Virus record (IMG/VR): IMGVR_UViG_3300032820_000001
Location: 96,001 to 160,000 of that record
Strand: one strand, 5' to 3'
Length of the DNA: 64,000 nt
DNA from: a virus
Shown: positions 63,399-64,000 of the stretch, piece after piece
Layout: every line of letters starts with the position of its first letter
Numbering within the stretch: position 1 is the first letter of the stretch
Notes under the pieces: generated by a model
Told to the model about the DNA's origin: nothing
Seen by the model: only the letters and a program-made list of their open reading frames with translations
The model's database searches: none
Made by a program: the position numbers and the translations under genes

Positions 63399-64000
63399 TT
63401 AGAATGTCAGCGCAGCTGAAACTGCCACAACATTCGCGTCATCATTGCCAGGGGTTTGTTGGCGGAAGTATTCTACACCAGCCGAAAGGCCAGGGCAAAC
63501 TTCTTTGGATACGGCGGCGGAAATTCGGTTTTCCACCAACCCACCTTCATTAGCGTGGATTTCATCACCAACACTCAAGTCGAGGCTCACGAAAGGTAAC
63601 GCAATAGTTTTACTAAGAGTTACTTTTTCGCGAAGAATCAAAGAGTCAGTGGTGACTGCAGTAATATCATCCCCAGCTTCCATCTGCAAGCGCAAACGGT
63701 TTGAGAGGTTGATACCCATAGGAAGACCAACACCAGCATTCAAATCCAAGTGAAGTCGGTTGCTTGATGTTCCTTCGGTGTTGGTGTTGCGAACACCAAG
63801 ACTTAGACCGATATTCTCAGTCACAGAACGAGAAACGGCGAACTCAGTATGCTCATAGCCTGCTGGTTTCGTCACCATGTCTCCACTAATGCTTAGATCA
63901 TGGCGGGTTTGTTCTGCCACAGACAGAGTATTATCGCCAAGCTTCGCTGATGCGCCAGCTTCCAAACGTAATTCGTCTGCATAACCAACGGTACTTACCA
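63399..64000 (-). CDS. Outer-membrane beta-barrel protein (DUF2490-like), 5'-truncated by the window edge
   Basis: The frame stays open to the edge (VSTVGYA|DELRLEAG, signal-peptide end). Alternating amphipathic strands. Ends VSAALTF (C-terminal Phe beta-signal). Confidence 0.75.
   Translation of the reverse strand, partial: VSTVGYADELRLEAGASAKLGDNTLSVAEQTRHDLSISGDMVTKPAGYEHTEFAVSRSVTENIGLSLGVRNTNTEGTSSNRLHLDLNAGVGLPMGINLSNRLRLQMEAGDDITAVTTDSLILREKVTLSKTIALPFVSLDLSVGDEIHANEGGLVENRISAAVSKEVCPGLSAGVEYFRQQTPGNDDANVVAVSAALTF

Noticed and set aside
1-64000. tRNA, rRNA or other structured ncRNA genes
   Set aside because: The intergenic gaps are short (longest about 150 nt) and contain only promoters and hairpins. 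No cloverleaf or T-loop motif was seen by eye; a tRNAscan/Infernal run would be definitive.

Overview
This is a 64-kb segment of a large T4-like (myovirus, probably jumbo) phage genome. It is almost entirely coding, uses the standard genetic code, and nearly all genes lie on the minus strand. In + coordinates it runs: head and packaging genes (gp21-like prohead protease, gp20-like portal, gp17-like terminase); an Hc1 histone-like gene and an atypical lysis trio; a replication block (single-chain Mre11-Rad50/SbcD-SbcC fusion, primase, RuvC-like resolvase); about 33 kb of baseplate/tail genes (gp25, gp6, LamG, DNRLRE-like and propeller-bearing giants, a spike-like protein, an M15 peptidase); a gp55-like sigma factor; a type II glutamine synthetase; an ~7.7-kb glycan locus; Cas4-like nuclease, HExxH protein and PIN-PhoH; a plus-strand lipoprotein protease plus J-domain pair; and a truncated outer-membrane beta-barrel. 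The glycan locus (NeuB-like synthase, NeuA, HAD phosphatase, GT29-like and Maf/DUF115-like transferases, two methyltransferases, a 2OG-Fe dioxygenase, two GT4s) is the strongest candidate for an undescribed system: an apparently complete phage pathway to make, activate, transfer and tailor a sialic-acid-like sugar, possibly KDN. Other candidates are a hidden 29-aa ORF running through a terminator just upstream of the prohead protease, and a recurrent (C/G)TATTTA putative late promoter. All calls come from reading motifs by eye. No database searches were run.
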